IMG/VR virus record: IMGVR_UViG_3300017651_000192
Span: 1-31,458 of that record
From: a virus
Taxonomy: Duplodnaviria; Caudoviricetes
Direction: 5' to 3' (one strand)
Length of the DNA stretch: 31,458 nt
The translations under genes and the position numbers were made by a program. Shown piece by piece: positions 1 through 8,030 of this stretch. The notes beneath the pieces were generated by a model. It was not told where the DNA came from. It saw nothing but the letters and a program-made list of their open reading frames with translations, and did no database searches. Within the stretch, counting starts at the first letter, position 1. Every line of letters begins with the position of its first letter.

Positions 1-810
1 TACAGCGGGAAAAACGAGGATATCGGCAACAACCTCGACGGAATCGACATGCGCGAGTCGCACTTCGGCCTACACATGAGATTTTTCATCGAGCAGTTGC
101 ACCGTGTGCTCGCGCCGGGTGCGCTGGCCTGCATCCACATCCAGCAGCTGATCGCCACGAAGGTGCAGCACGGCTACATCGGACGCAGGGACTTCCGCGG
201 TGCTGTCGTCGACCTGTTCACGGCCGGCGGATTCGACTGGACTGGCGAGGTCGCGATACCCAAAAACCCACAGGTCATCGCCCAGCGCCAGAAGCTCCAC
301 AGCCTCATGTTCGTCACCGGCAAACGGGATGCCCGGATGCTGGCTCCGGCCGTCAACGATTACGTGATGCTGTTCCGGAAACTGGGCGATGGCGTACCGG
401 TGCCGTGTCTGTATGACGCGCAGAAGAACCCGGACGGCTGGGTAACGACCGATGAATGGATCCGCTGGGCGCGTGGCGTCTGGGACGACATTCGCGAGAC
501 CGACGTGCTGACCGGCTGGCAGTACGGCCGTGAGGAGGGCGACGAGAAACACGTCTGCCCGTTGCAGCTCGATCTCATTCGGCGCTGCGTGAAGCTCTAC
601 TCGAATCCCGGCGCGACCGTGCTCGATCCATTTATGGGTATCGGATCTGTCGGTTGGGTGGCCATCGAGCAGGGCCGTAACGCAGTCGGGTTTGAGCTCA
701 AGGAGTCGTACCACTCCCAGGCGGTCCGTAACTGCGAGAAGGCGATCGAAAAGCGCCACGCTGGCGACACGTTGCCACTGTTCGCTGCGCTGGAAGCGGC
801 GGGTGCGTGA
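1..810 (+). CDS. DNA amino-methyltransferase (N4-C/N6-A, beta-class-like), 5' truncated by window edge
   Basis: Frame is open from base 1 (YSGKNEDIGNN...). C-terminal HVCPLQLDLIRRCVKLYSNPGATVLDPFMGIGS carries the FxGxG SAM-binding motif, followed by GFELK. The catalytic (S/D)PP(Y/F) motif is not in the window. Confidence 0.9.
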   Translation, partial: YSGKNEDIGNNLDGIDMRESHFGLHMRFFIEQLHRVLAPGALACIHIQQLIATKVQHGYIGRRDFRGAVVDLFTAGGFDWTGEVAIPKNPQVIAQRQKLHSLMFVTGKRDARMLAPAVNDYVMLFRKLGDGVPVPCLYDAQKNPDGWVTTDEWIRWARGVWDDIRETDVLTGWQYGREEGDEKHVCPLQLDLIRRCVKLYSNPGATVLDPFMGIGSVGWVAIEQGRNAVGFELKESYHSQAVRNCEKAIEKRHAGDTLPLFAALEAAGA

Positions 811-995
811 TGACCATCCCGTTCCACGTCCTGCGCGAACAACTGCGGCGCTATGTCCTGCAGTGCGCGACGGACGTGGCACGGGCACAGGCAGCACTCG
901 CTGAGGCCAGGCGGCAATACCAGCAGGCACTAGACGATGAACGTGAGGACGCGATGCAACGCGCGCAGGAGATTATCGAACGGCGGCGACGATGA
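807..995 (+). CDS. hypothetical protein (helical/coiled-coil)
   Basis: Start overlaps the MTase stop and its stop overlaps the next start (ATGA). Confidence 0.6.
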   Translation: MMTIPFHVLREQLRRYVLQCATDVARAQAALAEARRQYQQALDDEREDAMQRAQEIIERRRR

Positions 996-1336
996 CGACG
1001 GCACCTGCCTCACTGATCGCCGCGAGCATGACCGAACGTGAGTTACAGAACAACATCGTTGCGATGGCGCGGACGCTCGGCTGGATGCCGTACCACCCAT
1101 ACGATTCACGCCGCTCGGAACCAGGCTATCCCGACCTGACCATGATTCACGCTGATACCGGGCGGCTGATTTTCGCCGAATTGAAAACGGCGAAAGGGCG
1201 GCTACGCCCGGCACAGATTGAGTGGTTGGGTGCGCTGCGTGAGGTAGCGCGAGATCGTGGGCTGGAGGTCTACGAGTGGCGGCCCTCGGACTGGCTGGAC
1301 GGGACGATTGAGGCGATTCTGCGAGGTGGCCGATGA
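992..1336 (+). CDS. VRR-NUC domain PD-(D/E)XK nuclease (Holliday junction resolvase-like)
   Basis: TERELQ...GYPDL...IFAELKTAKGRLRPAQIEWL matches the phage VRR-NUC pattern. Confidence 0.85.
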   Translation: MTTAPASLIAASMTERELQNNIVAMARTLGWMPYHPYDSRRSEPGYPDLTMIHADTGRLIFAELKTAKGRLRPAQIEWLGALREVARDRGLEVYEWRPSDWLDGTIEAILRGGR

Positions 1337-2205
1337 ACGGCGTACGGCTCTTTGTCGGTGGACACGCTGGCACTCTCCAGGGCGAGCGCAACAACCTCGG
1401 GGGAGACCGATGCTTCACTGCGGTGCACCCAGCGCCAGCGCACACCGACGCGAATGATCTCCACTATCTGCTGGACAGCGGGGCGTTCTCCGATCCACCG
1501 GAGCGCCGATTGACGCCGGATGCTGCACTCGACCGGCAGCTCGTGTGGGAGTCACGGTCGTCCGACGCATGGGGCCGGGCCGTCGCGGCTGAGGCCATCG
1601 TGTCCTATGACCTGCTGATCGATGAGGTCTGGACGGACGGCATTCGGGAGAAACGGCGCTGGTCTATCTCAGAGGCTGATAGCGCGGTGCGAGAGACCGT
1701 CGACGCAGCCGCCTATCTCGCATCATGCCGGCACGGTCTGTATCCCCGTCGGCTGGTGTTGTCATGCCAGGGTGTCGATGCCGTGCAGTACGCCGAGTGT
1801 GTCGATGCCGTGCTGCACCATGCCAAGCCGGTCGACTGGGTTGGTTACGGTGGCTGGTGCATCATCGGGCGCTGGCAATCGTGGCTCCCGGAGTTCCGCC
1901 GAACACTGACACTCACAATCCCGCGAATTGCACGCGCTGGCGTTCAACACGTGCACCTGTTCGGCGTGCTATGGGAACCGGCGCTCGCGGCGATGCTGTG
2001 GATCGCAGACCAGCACGACATCACGGTGTCGACCGATTCGACAGCGCCACTGCTGGCCGCAACCCGTGGCAATCACCGCAAATCCGGTGCGCGGGATTCG
2101 TACTGGCGTAACAACGTGGAGTGGTGGCGCCAGCATCTCGCGAACCTACGGCAGAGCCGGTACTACGGCGCTTTTTCGGATGCCCGGCAGGCGGTGCTGC
2201 TATGA
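1333..2205 (+). CDS. dpdA: tRNA-guanine transglycosylase (TGT)-fold protein, DpdA-like DNA 7-deazaguanine transglycosylase
   Basis: TGT motifs in the expected order: LLDSGAFS, SYD, SCQG...Y, GYGG, HVHLFG, STDS. Located among phage DNA-metabolism genes. Confidence 0.65.
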   Translation: MNGVRLFVGGHAGTLQGERNNLGGDRCFTAVHPAPAHTDANDLHYLLDSGAFSDPPERRLTPDAALDRQLVWESRSSDAWGRAVAAEAIVSYDLLIDEVWTDGIREKRRWSISEADSAVRETVDAAAYLASCRHGLYPRRLVLSCQGVDAVQYAECVDAVLHHAKPVDWVGYGGWCIIGRWQSWLPEFRRTLTLTIPRIARAGVQHVHLFGVLWEPALAAMLWIADQHDITVSTDSTAPLLAATRGNHRKSGARDSYWRNNVEWWRQHLANLRQSRYYGAFSDARQAVLL

Positions 2206-2357
2206 CCCGCACTCCCTACTCAGCACCACCGCGCCGCGTTGACTACTGGACGATGGCATTCGGGATCATCGGCGCACTCGGGCTGGTCGTCGGGCTGGCA
2301 GTGGGGGCGCTGACAGGCTGGATTCTGAAGGCGATAGCGATTGAGAAGGGCTGGTAG
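2202..2357 (+). CDS. small single-pass membrane protein
   Basis: ATGA overlap with the upstream stop; hydrophobic stretch MAFGIIGALGLVVGLAVGALTGWIL. Confidence 0.65.
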   Translation: MTRTPYSAPPRRVDYWTMAFGIIGALGLVVGLAVGALTGWILKAIAIEKGW

Positions 2358-2361
2358 ATCG

Positions 2362-2607
2362 ATGGCAGAAAAATATGGCGTTGACCTCATTGAGGAGATG
2401 GGAGAACCGCGCGTTTCTCGCGGCGCAATGGCTGAGGCAATCCGAATCTCACTCAATCGCCGAGGTCAACCGAGTGAGCGGGACGTGCGGGAAATCCTCG
2501 AAACCCTGCGCTATGACGTTGAACCGGTGTGGCTGGAAACCAACGTCGTGCTGTATGGGGAGATGATCCTGGATTCACTCGATCAGGACGCAGGCGGTGA
2601 CGCATGA
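2362..2607 (+). CDS. hypothetical protein
   Basis: ATG 4 nt after the previous stop; fills the gap and is coupled to the next gene. Confidence 0.6.
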   Translation: MAEKYGVDLIEEMGEPRVSRGAMAEAIRISLNRRGQPSERDVREILETLRYDVEPVWLETNVVLYGEMILDSLDQDAGGDA

Positions 2608-2948
2608 CTGAGTACGTTCGTTTCGCAACGATGGTTGACGGCAACATCCGCCATCACAAAGGCTCTCGCCATAACCGTGTGTACCCGACCGGTTGGATAG
2701 CGGAGCGCATTTGTGATGCAGCCACGCTCGTCACCGGATGCCGCCCGATCACGGCAGAAGATCGTCTTGGCGAAGCCAACGAGCGATACACGCATGTCGT
2801 CCGATGCACATGGTTCGGAGTAGGCATGGACGGGACCGGCATACAGCACGACAACTATTACCTGACGACATTCGACGCGCTGGACATCCTCCGCACGATC
2901 AAGCACGGCGTTGAACAGAGCATCGTGGCGTTAGTCGGTGACGCATGA
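2604..2948 (+). CDS. hypothetical protein
   Basis: GGTGA SD and ATGA coupling at both ends. Confidence 0.7.
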   Translation: MTEYVRFATMVDGNIRHHKGSRHNRVYPTGWIAERICDAATLVTGCRPITAEDRLGEANERYTHVVRCTWFGVGMDGTGIQHDNYYLTTFDALDILRTIKHGVEQSIVALVGDA

Positions 2949-3211
2949 GTAAGCCGCGACGGGTTGGACGCCGGATGATCCGAGAGCGCAACGGCAACAT
3001 GCGGCGGAAGTTCAGACGCGAGGCCGAGCGCGCCCAGTGGTGGGCGGACTTCACCGGCAGTTCATTCCATATCTATCGCGTGCCCTACGGAGTGGTCTAC
3101 CCAGACTCGCCACAACATTACGCCCTCTGCAACGCGAAAGACGCTCCGCACTTTCCCGTCCTGTACTGCGCCATGACCGTGCATCCACAGACAGAGGTGA
3201 CGCATGACTGA
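2945..3211 (+). CDS. hypothetical protein, Arg-rich N-terminus
   Basis: GGTGA SD and coupled start; ends PQTEVTHD. Confidence 0.65.
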   Translation: MSKPRRVGRRMIRERNGNMRRKFRREAERAQWWADFTGSSFHIYRVPYGVVYPDSPQHYALCNAKDAPHFPVLYCAMTVHPQTEVTHD

Positions 3212-3458
3212 CGTGATCCGGATGTCCCATATCGGGCCGGTCGGGATCTATGGCCGGGATCAGCATGGTGTCCATTGGACGACCTTCGAGCACATACAGG
3301 CATCAGAGCATGGATGGGTAGTACGCCCTGATATGCGATGTGACATCTGTGGGTCAGCCATCGGTTCGGGCTACGAGTCGCTCACCGGCGGCGCAAAGTG
3401 GCACGTTTGCGCGACTCACGTGGTGTGGGAACCCCAGGCAGAGGTGACGCATGACTGA
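3204..3458 (+). CDS. hypothetical protein with possible metal-binding motif (CDIC...CATH)
   Basis: GAGGTG SD; ends PQAEVTHD. Confidence 0.65.
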   Translation: MTDVIRMSHIGPVGIYGRDQHGVHWTTFEHIQASEHGWVVRPDMRCDICGSAIGSGYESLTGGAKWHVCATHVVWEPQAEVTHD

Positions 3459-3702
3459 CACGACTGAGATTGCCGAACTACAGCGGCAGATGTTCCGTGA
3501 GCAACGAGACCGGCGCATGTTCTCGCGTCAACTTGCCGTCGCTATCCGGGCGCTCAGGTGGTACGGCGACGAAGACAACTACTATGACCCGCCCGGCGCT
3601 CCCGGTCACCTGGCCGGCGAAGGCATTGATGAGGAACTTGTTCGCGACTACGGCGAGAGGGCGCGTGAGGCGCTGGCCGAGATATACAGGTTGGAATCAT
3701 GA
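3451..3702 (+). CDS. hypothetical protein (shares C-terminal module with next gene)
   Basis: GAGGTG SD; ALRWYGDEDNY...DYGERAREAL. Confidence 0.7.
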   Translation: MTDTTEIAELQRQMFREQRDRRMFSRQLAVAIRALRWYGDEDNYYDPPGAPGHLAGEGIDEELVRDYGERAREALAEIYRLES

Positions 3703-4070
3703 CTGACATCGTGGCTGAGCTGCGGCGGCTGTACGAGGAATCAACAACGGACGGTGACCTCTCGTGGGTTCATGGCGATGTAGTCAACGAACGTGGCTGC
3801 GTGCTGTTTTCCGGTCGGCGATGTATTGAGGTCGGAACCATATTCACGCAAGAGGATGCCGACCTGATCGTCGCCATGCACAACCACCTACCGCAGCTGT
3901 TGGATGCGATCGACACGCTGCGCTGGTACGCGGATAAGAGCAATTACGACGATAACGGCATTTGCCGCACCAAGAGCCGACTCGCACCAGGGGACTATTT
4001 CTGGTGGGAAGACTACGGCGAACGTGCTCGTGCCGCAATCGCGGCGCTGGAACAGGATGGTACCGAGTGA
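3699..4070 (+). CDS. Ead/Ea22-like phage accessory protein
   Basis: ELRRL...DADLIVAMHNHLPQLLDAI resembles the Ead/Ea22-type signature; coupled start. Confidence 0.55.
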   Translation: MTDIVAELRRLYEESTTDGDLSWVHGDVVNERGCVLFSGRRCIEVGTIFTQEDADLIVAMHNHLPQLLDAIDTLRWYADKSNYDDNGICRTKSRLAPGDYFWWEDYGERARAAIAALEQDGTE

Positions 4071-4309
4071 AAGCCACGTTGGACAGTGAAGCGCGATCAG
4101 TTGCATCGGCATTTGTTGACGGGAAGATCGACCATCACTGGCTATTCGACTGGTATCAGGACAAGCCGCGAGAGCGGGAGTACCTGGGGTTCGAGCCGTT
4201 CCGCATCTTCATGGACGTTGACGATGGATACACCACGCTAGAGAAAGAACGGGAACGACTCGCAAAGCGTTTTGGCCTTGGGCGGACGGTGCCTCATGAC
4301 CGCGATTGA
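4067..4309 (+). CDS. hypothetical protein (paralog of 4296-4565)
   Basis: GTGA overlap with the upstream stop; similar to the next ORF. Confidence 0.6.
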   Translation: MKATLDSEARSVASAFVDGKIDHHWLFDWYQDKPREREYLGFEPFRIFMDVDDGYTTLEKERERLAKRFGLGRTVPHDRD

Positions 4310-4565
4310 TGCCGAGGCGCGGGCGGTGATCGGGAGGTTTGTGGCGGGGCAGATCAACGAGAACGCGATTCTCAATTGGCTGACCGCTGAGCGGTGGGAT
4401 GCTGGCGGTGATGAAGTTGAGGACAGTGTATCCGCATGCACTCGGATTCTCTTCGGCGAGTCCACCGTCCGCCGTGAGCGTGAGCGTCTCTCCGCCATCT
4501 ACTTCGGCCCCGACACGGCCCGCTGGCACAGCAACAACGACTGGGACGAGCAGGAGGAACGATGA
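4296..4565 (+). CDS. hypothetical protein (paralog of 4067-4309)
   Basis: MTAIDAEARAVIGRFVAGQIN...RERERL. Confidence 0.65.
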   Translation: MTAIDAEARAVIGRFVAGQINENAILNWLTAERWDAGGDEVEDSVSACTRILFGESTVRRERERLSAIYFGPDTARWHSNNDWDEQEER

Positions 4566-4774
4566 CCCGCCAGACACCCGCTGAGCTGGCCGCAGAGCAG
4601 CGAGCCGAGGTCATCCTCTGGCTGTTGTCGTTGCACCGTCGCACCGACAGGGCGCATGATGAGCATGACCACGAGATGACCGCCAAACTGCATAGATCCC
4701 TGCGCACCACGATGCAGACCATGCAGCAATTCGACGCCAGACGAGCGCAGAAAGGGGGTGATGCGATCACCTAG
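4562..4774 (+). CDS. hypothetical protein
   Basis: GGAGG SD and ATGA overlap. Confidence 0.6.
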   Translation: MTRQTPAELAAEQRAEVILWLLSLHRRTDRAHDEHDHEMTAKLHRSLRTTMQTMQQFDARRAQKGGDAIT

Positions 4775-4824
4775 CCCACGCGACCGACCGTTGGACGTAT
4801 GGACACACGAGGAGAACACCCACA

Positions 4825-5157
4825 ATGCGACGATTCCTGACCGCGCTGATTCTCGGGCTGATGCTCACTGGACTCGTAGCCGTCCCGGCGATGGCGGCAC
4901 CGCCTGACCCGTGCGTGCCGGGCGTGACCGTTTCGACGTTCACCAGTAGCGACACCGGCAACGTCATTCAGGTGACGACCACCACCACCTGTCACGAAGA
5001 CGGGACAGTGGACGACATCAGCTACGAATACGAAACGCTGGCCGTGCGACTGACTGACTCACGGGGCAATAGCCGGTTGGTGCCCGTGGATGAGATCACG
5101 CGACCCGGCCCGTGGCGACCGTGCGGACCACCGCGCGCTGCGGACGTTTGTAACTAG
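4825..5157 (+). CDS. secreted protein with Sec signal peptide
   Basis: GAGGAG SD. MRR + hydrophobic core + AMA|A cleavage-like site; mature part has 4 Cys and is Thr-rich. Confidence 0.7.
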   Translation: MRRFLTALILGLMLTGLVAVPAMAAPPDPCVPGVTVSTFTSSDTGNVIQVTTTTTCHEDGTVDDISYEYETLAVRLTDSRGNSRLVPVDEITRPGPWRPCGPPRAADVCN

Positions 5158-5186
5158 GCCCTGACCGACTGACAGGAGGCTTGACG

Positions 5187-5375
5187 ATGGCAACGGACAC
5201 GAACACTGCGCAGAGCGGTGGGAAGATCGGCGTGATTCTCGGAGGGCAGATGGTCGTGGAATGGCATCCTCGGCCGGTTGCGCCGAAGCACCCGCCGATC
5301 AATCTGCTACTCGCTGACGGCCGTTGTGTCGCGACGTGGCACCCCGGATCAGAAGCGCCGGTAAGCACCGACTGA
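5187..5375 (+). CDS. hypothetical protein
   Basis: AGGAGG SD upstream of the ATG. Confidence 0.55.
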   Translation: MATDTNTAQSGGKIGVILGGQMVVEWHPRPVAPKHPPINLLLADGRCVATWHPGSEAPVSTD

Positions 5376-5385
5376 GATAGCCGAC

Positions 5386-5410
5386 GGGGCAGCGTGATCG
5401 GCGCTGCCCC
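5386..5410 (+). other. intergenic GC-rich hairpin
   Basis: GGGGCAGCG-N7-CGCTGCCCC perfect 9-bp stem with no U-tract. Confidence 0.6.
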
Positions 5411-5428
5411 TGACGACAGGAGGACGTG

Positions 5429-5620
5429 ATGATCGATTGGAATCCGCAGGTCAGGACGGCGCCAGGTCTCATTGCTACGACCACGTACATCGGCAATGGC
5501 TGGTACCACATCAACGTTGAGTCTAGGTCTCTGGTGGAATTCCGAAACCGCATGCGATTTGAGCGCCGCTACGCCCGACAGCGGACGCGCAAGGCGCGGC
5601 GCGTGAGAGAGAGACGATGA
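5429..5620 (+). CDS. hypothetical protein, basic C-terminus
   Basis: AGGAGG SD and ATGA overlap with the next gene. Confidence 0.6.
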   Translation: MIDWNPQVRTAPGLIATTTYIGNGWYHINVESRSLVEFRNRMRFERRYARQRTRKARRVRERR

Positions 5621-5799
5621 TGTCACCAACCGCGTGGGGGATATTCTGGCTCATCATTCTGACGGCCAATGTCGTGGGGATCATCGCGTGTATTGCCCTG
5701 TGCGTCTGGGTTACACGAGTCAGTCGCGAGATTGAGCGGGAGCGGACGCATCAGCCACAGGATCGCGGAACCTACGGGCATCGTGTTGTACGACGCTAG
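5617..5799 (+). CDS. small single-pass membrane protein
   Basis: Hydrophobic AWGIFWLIILTANVVGIIACIALCVWV followed by a charged tail. Confidence 0.65.
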   Translation: MMSPTAWGIFWLIILTANVVGIIACIALCVWVTRVSREIERERTHQPQDRGTYGHRVVRR

Positions 5800-5819
5800 C
5801 TAACACAGAAGGAGCGCAC

Positions 5820-6044
5820 ATGAGCAAGCGACTACGGATTGAGTCAGACGGCACTCCGAGGGGAGCACGGGTTCTGATTGACGGCCAGTTGGTGGAGCAC
5901 GTAGTAGCGGCCACCGTCGAGATATGCCCGGATCAGATCACGGCGACGATCACCGTGCTCAACCCCGAACTGGCGATTGACATCAACGACACTGAATTGG
6001 CGATCCCGATAACGTCGATGGACTTCAGGACGCGAACCCGCTAA
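5820..6044 (+). CDS. hypothetical protein (beta-rich)
   Basis: AAGGAG SD; LRIESDGT...VLIDGQ. Confidence 0.7.
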   Translation: MSKRLRIESDGTPRGARVLIDGQLVEHVVAATVEICPDQITATITVLNPELAIDINDTELAIPITSMDFRTRTR

Positions 6045-6094
6045 CCAACACCCTACGCTCAGTGTGGCCGGCGCTGAGCCATCGAGGAGGATGC

Positions 6095-6334
6095 ATGACT
6101 GCGGAGAGCGCAGCACGCAACGCCGGTCAACCCATACAGCCGTATCTCGTCATCTGTCGAGACTGTGGCGATGCCGTCGCAGTCAGAATGGCCAGCGGCC
6201 GGATCGTCCCCCTCGGCGAGGTTGAGGTGACCGAGGATCGTCGTATTGTTGTCGTCTGCCCCGTCTGCGGTCGCGACAACCGGATTGGCAACACCCGCGC
6301 AGTTGACAGAATGCGCAGAGAGCGGCGACAATAG
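6095..6334 (+). CDS. small Cys4 zinc-ribbon protein, candidate late-gene regulator
   Basis: GAGGAGG SD; CRDC...CPVC; last gene before terS. Confidence 0.7.
   Translation: MTAESAARNAGQPIQPYLVICRDCGDAVAVRMASGRIVPLGEVEVTEDRRIVVVCPVCGRDNRIGNTRAVDRMRRERRQ
6303..6332 (+). promoter_or_regulatory. putative sigma70-type promoter for packaging operon
   Basis: TTGACA (6303-6308) - 18 nt - GACAAT (6327-6332); same geometry as 11573-11602. Confidence 0.6.
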
Positions 6335-6351
6335 CGGTGAATCGAATATGT

Positions 6352-6403
6352 CGGAGGCAGTGCCCCGTCCCCCGGTGAATTCCGGGCGCGGGGTGTTTTT
6401 GTT
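6352..6403 (+). terminator. leader copy 1: 17-nt box + terminator-like hairpin before terS
   Basis: CGGAGGCAGTGCCCCGT, outer stem GCCCCG/CGGGGT, inner stem CCCGG/CCGGG, then TTTTTGTT. Confidence 0.7.
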
Positions 6404-6411
6404 GGGAATCA

Positions 6412-6837
6412 ATGGCAACACGCGCACAGACAGCACAACATAAAAAAGCGTTTCTCGAGGCGTTCCGTGTGCTTGGCAATGTCTCGGCTGCCTGTCGCGA
6501 TACCAGCGTTGACCGGCGAGATGTCTATCGCTGGAAAGAGAACGATGCCAAGTTCCTGGCGGCGTTTACAGATGCTGAGATCGAATCGACCGAACTCATG
6601 GAGCGCGAGGCGTACCGGCGGGCAGTTGAGGGTGTCCAGAAGCCGGTGTACAGTCGCGATGGCACGCTCATCGACACGGTGTACGACTACTCCGACACTC
6701 TGTTGATGTTCCTGCTGAAAGCTCGTGCGCCGCAGCGATTCCGCGAACGCTATGACCACCAGCACACGGGGGCGAACGGAGCTCCGCTGACCTTCACGTT
6801 GCTCATCGGTGATGACGATGACGGCGACGACGAATAG
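6412..6837 (+). CDS. terS: terminase small subunit
   Basis: N-terminal HTH (GNVSAACR...VYRW), EAYRRAVEG, YSDTLLMFLLKA; directly upstream of TerL. Confidence 0.85.
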   Translation: MATRAQTAQHKKAFLEAFRVLGNVSAACRDTSVDRRDVYRWKENDAKFLAAFTDAEIESTELMEREAYRRAVEGVQKPVYSRDGTLIDTVYDYSDTLLMFLLKARAPQRFRERYDHQHTGANGAPLTFTLLIGDDDDGDDE

Positions 6838-8029
6838 CCCCAGCGTCGGCTACCGTCGCCCGTGGCTCTACGATGCGCAGCGTGCGGCCATCTTCGCGCC
6901 GGAACGCTATAGCGTCATTGAGGCATCAACGAAAGCCGGGAAGACCGTTGGCTGCATGGTCTGGTTGGCTGAGCAGGCGATGATCGACGGTCGGACGGGC
7001 CGCAACTACTGGTGGGTCGCACCGATCTATAGCCAGGCGAAAATAGCGTTTCGCCGCCTCAAGCGGGCCATCCCGCGCCAGCTCTACGTAGCGAACGAAT
7101 CCGAGTTGACCATCACTCTGGCGAACGGCGCCGTGCTGTGGTTCAAGGGCGCGGAGAATCCCGATAGCCTCTACGGCGAGGACGTGTACGCTGCGGTGAT
7201 TGACGAGGCCACGCGCGTCAAGGAGGGCGCGTGGCACGCCGTCCGATCGACACTGACCGCCACACGTGGGCCGCTGCGCATCATCGGCAACGTCAAGGGC
7301 CGGAAAAATTGGGCTTACAACCTCGCCCGCCGTGCTGAGTCGGGCGAGCCGGACATGCACTATGCCAAACTGACCGCCTACGACGCGGTGCAGGCCGGCG
7401 TGCTGGACGAGCGCGAGATCGATGACGCCCGTCGCACGCTGCCGGACGCCGTGTTCAGGGAGCTCTATCTCGCCGAACCGTCTGATGACGAGGGCAACCC
7501 GTTCGACATGCGCGCGGTGCGGGACTGCATCGCGCCACTCTCGATTGCCGCGCCGGACGCCTACGGTTGGGATTTGGCGAAGAGCATCGACTGGACGGTT
7601 GGAATCGCGCTCGACCGCTCCGGCGCGACGTGTCGTTTCGATCGGTTCCAGGCACCGTGGCAGGTGACGATTGAACGCATCCGGCAGGCGACCGGCAAGA
7701 CTCCTGCGTTGGTGGACTCGACCGGCGTCGGTGACCCCGTGCTCGAGGCGCTCCAGGAACGGTCTATCAACTACGCCGGCTTCAAGTTCACTGCACCGTC
7801 GAAACAACAACTCATGGAGGGCTTGGCCGTGGCTATCCAGCGGCGTGAGATACGGTTCCCATCCGGGCCGATCGTCAATGAGCTCGAGACGTTCGAGTAC
7901 CAGTACACGCGCACGGGCGTGCGTTACGCAGCACCGGATGGCCTGCATGACGACTGTGTGATGGCGCTCGGCCTGGCCGTCTGGCATCGCCAGCATCGAC
8001 CTAGCCGCGGCCTCGTGAGTTGGAGCTGA
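6818..8029 (+). CDS. terL: terminase large subunit
   Basis: Walker A ASTKAGKT, Walker B AVIDEA, RNase H-like GWDLAKSIDWT and HDDCVMAL. Start could be 6809, 6812 or 6818. Confidence 0.95.
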   Translation: MTATTNSPSVGYRRPWLYDAQRAAIFAPERYSVIEASTKAGKTVGCMVWLAEQAMIDGRTGRNYWWVAPIYSQAKIAFRRLKRAIPRQLYVANESELTITLANGAVLWFKGAENPDSLYGEDVYAAVIDEATRVKEGAWHAVRSTLTATRGPLRIIGNVKGRKNWAYNLARRAESGEPDMHYAKLTAYDAVQAGVLDEREIDDARRTLPDAVFRELYLAEPSDDEGNPFDMRAVRDCIAPLSIAAPDAYGWDLAKSIDWTVGIALDRSGATCRFDRFQAPWQVTIERIRQATGKTPALVDSTGVGDPVLEALQERSINYAGFKFTAPSKQQLMEGLAVAIQRREIRFPSGPIVNELETFEYQYTRTGVRYAAPDGLHDDCVMALGLAVWHRQHRPSRGLVSWS

Positions 8030-8030
8030 G

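Larger units (their letters stand above)
2596..3459 (+). repeat. dispersed direct repeat GGTGACGCATGA at four consecutive gene junctions
   Basis: Exact 12-mer at 2596-2607, 2937-2948, 3196-3207 and 3443-3454. The last two extend to an identical 21-mer CAGAGGTGACGCATGACTGAC (3192-3212, 3439-3459). Confidence 0.9.

Noticed and set aside
70-930. 286-aa minus-strand ORF
   Set aside because: Antisense shadow of the methyltransferase; no motifs, and expected in GC-rich DNA.
2596-3459. Junction repeats as a CRISPR array or integron attC sites
   Set aside because: Spacing is 247-341 nt of coding sequence, the repeats are short and non-palindromic, and no cas or integrase gene is present.
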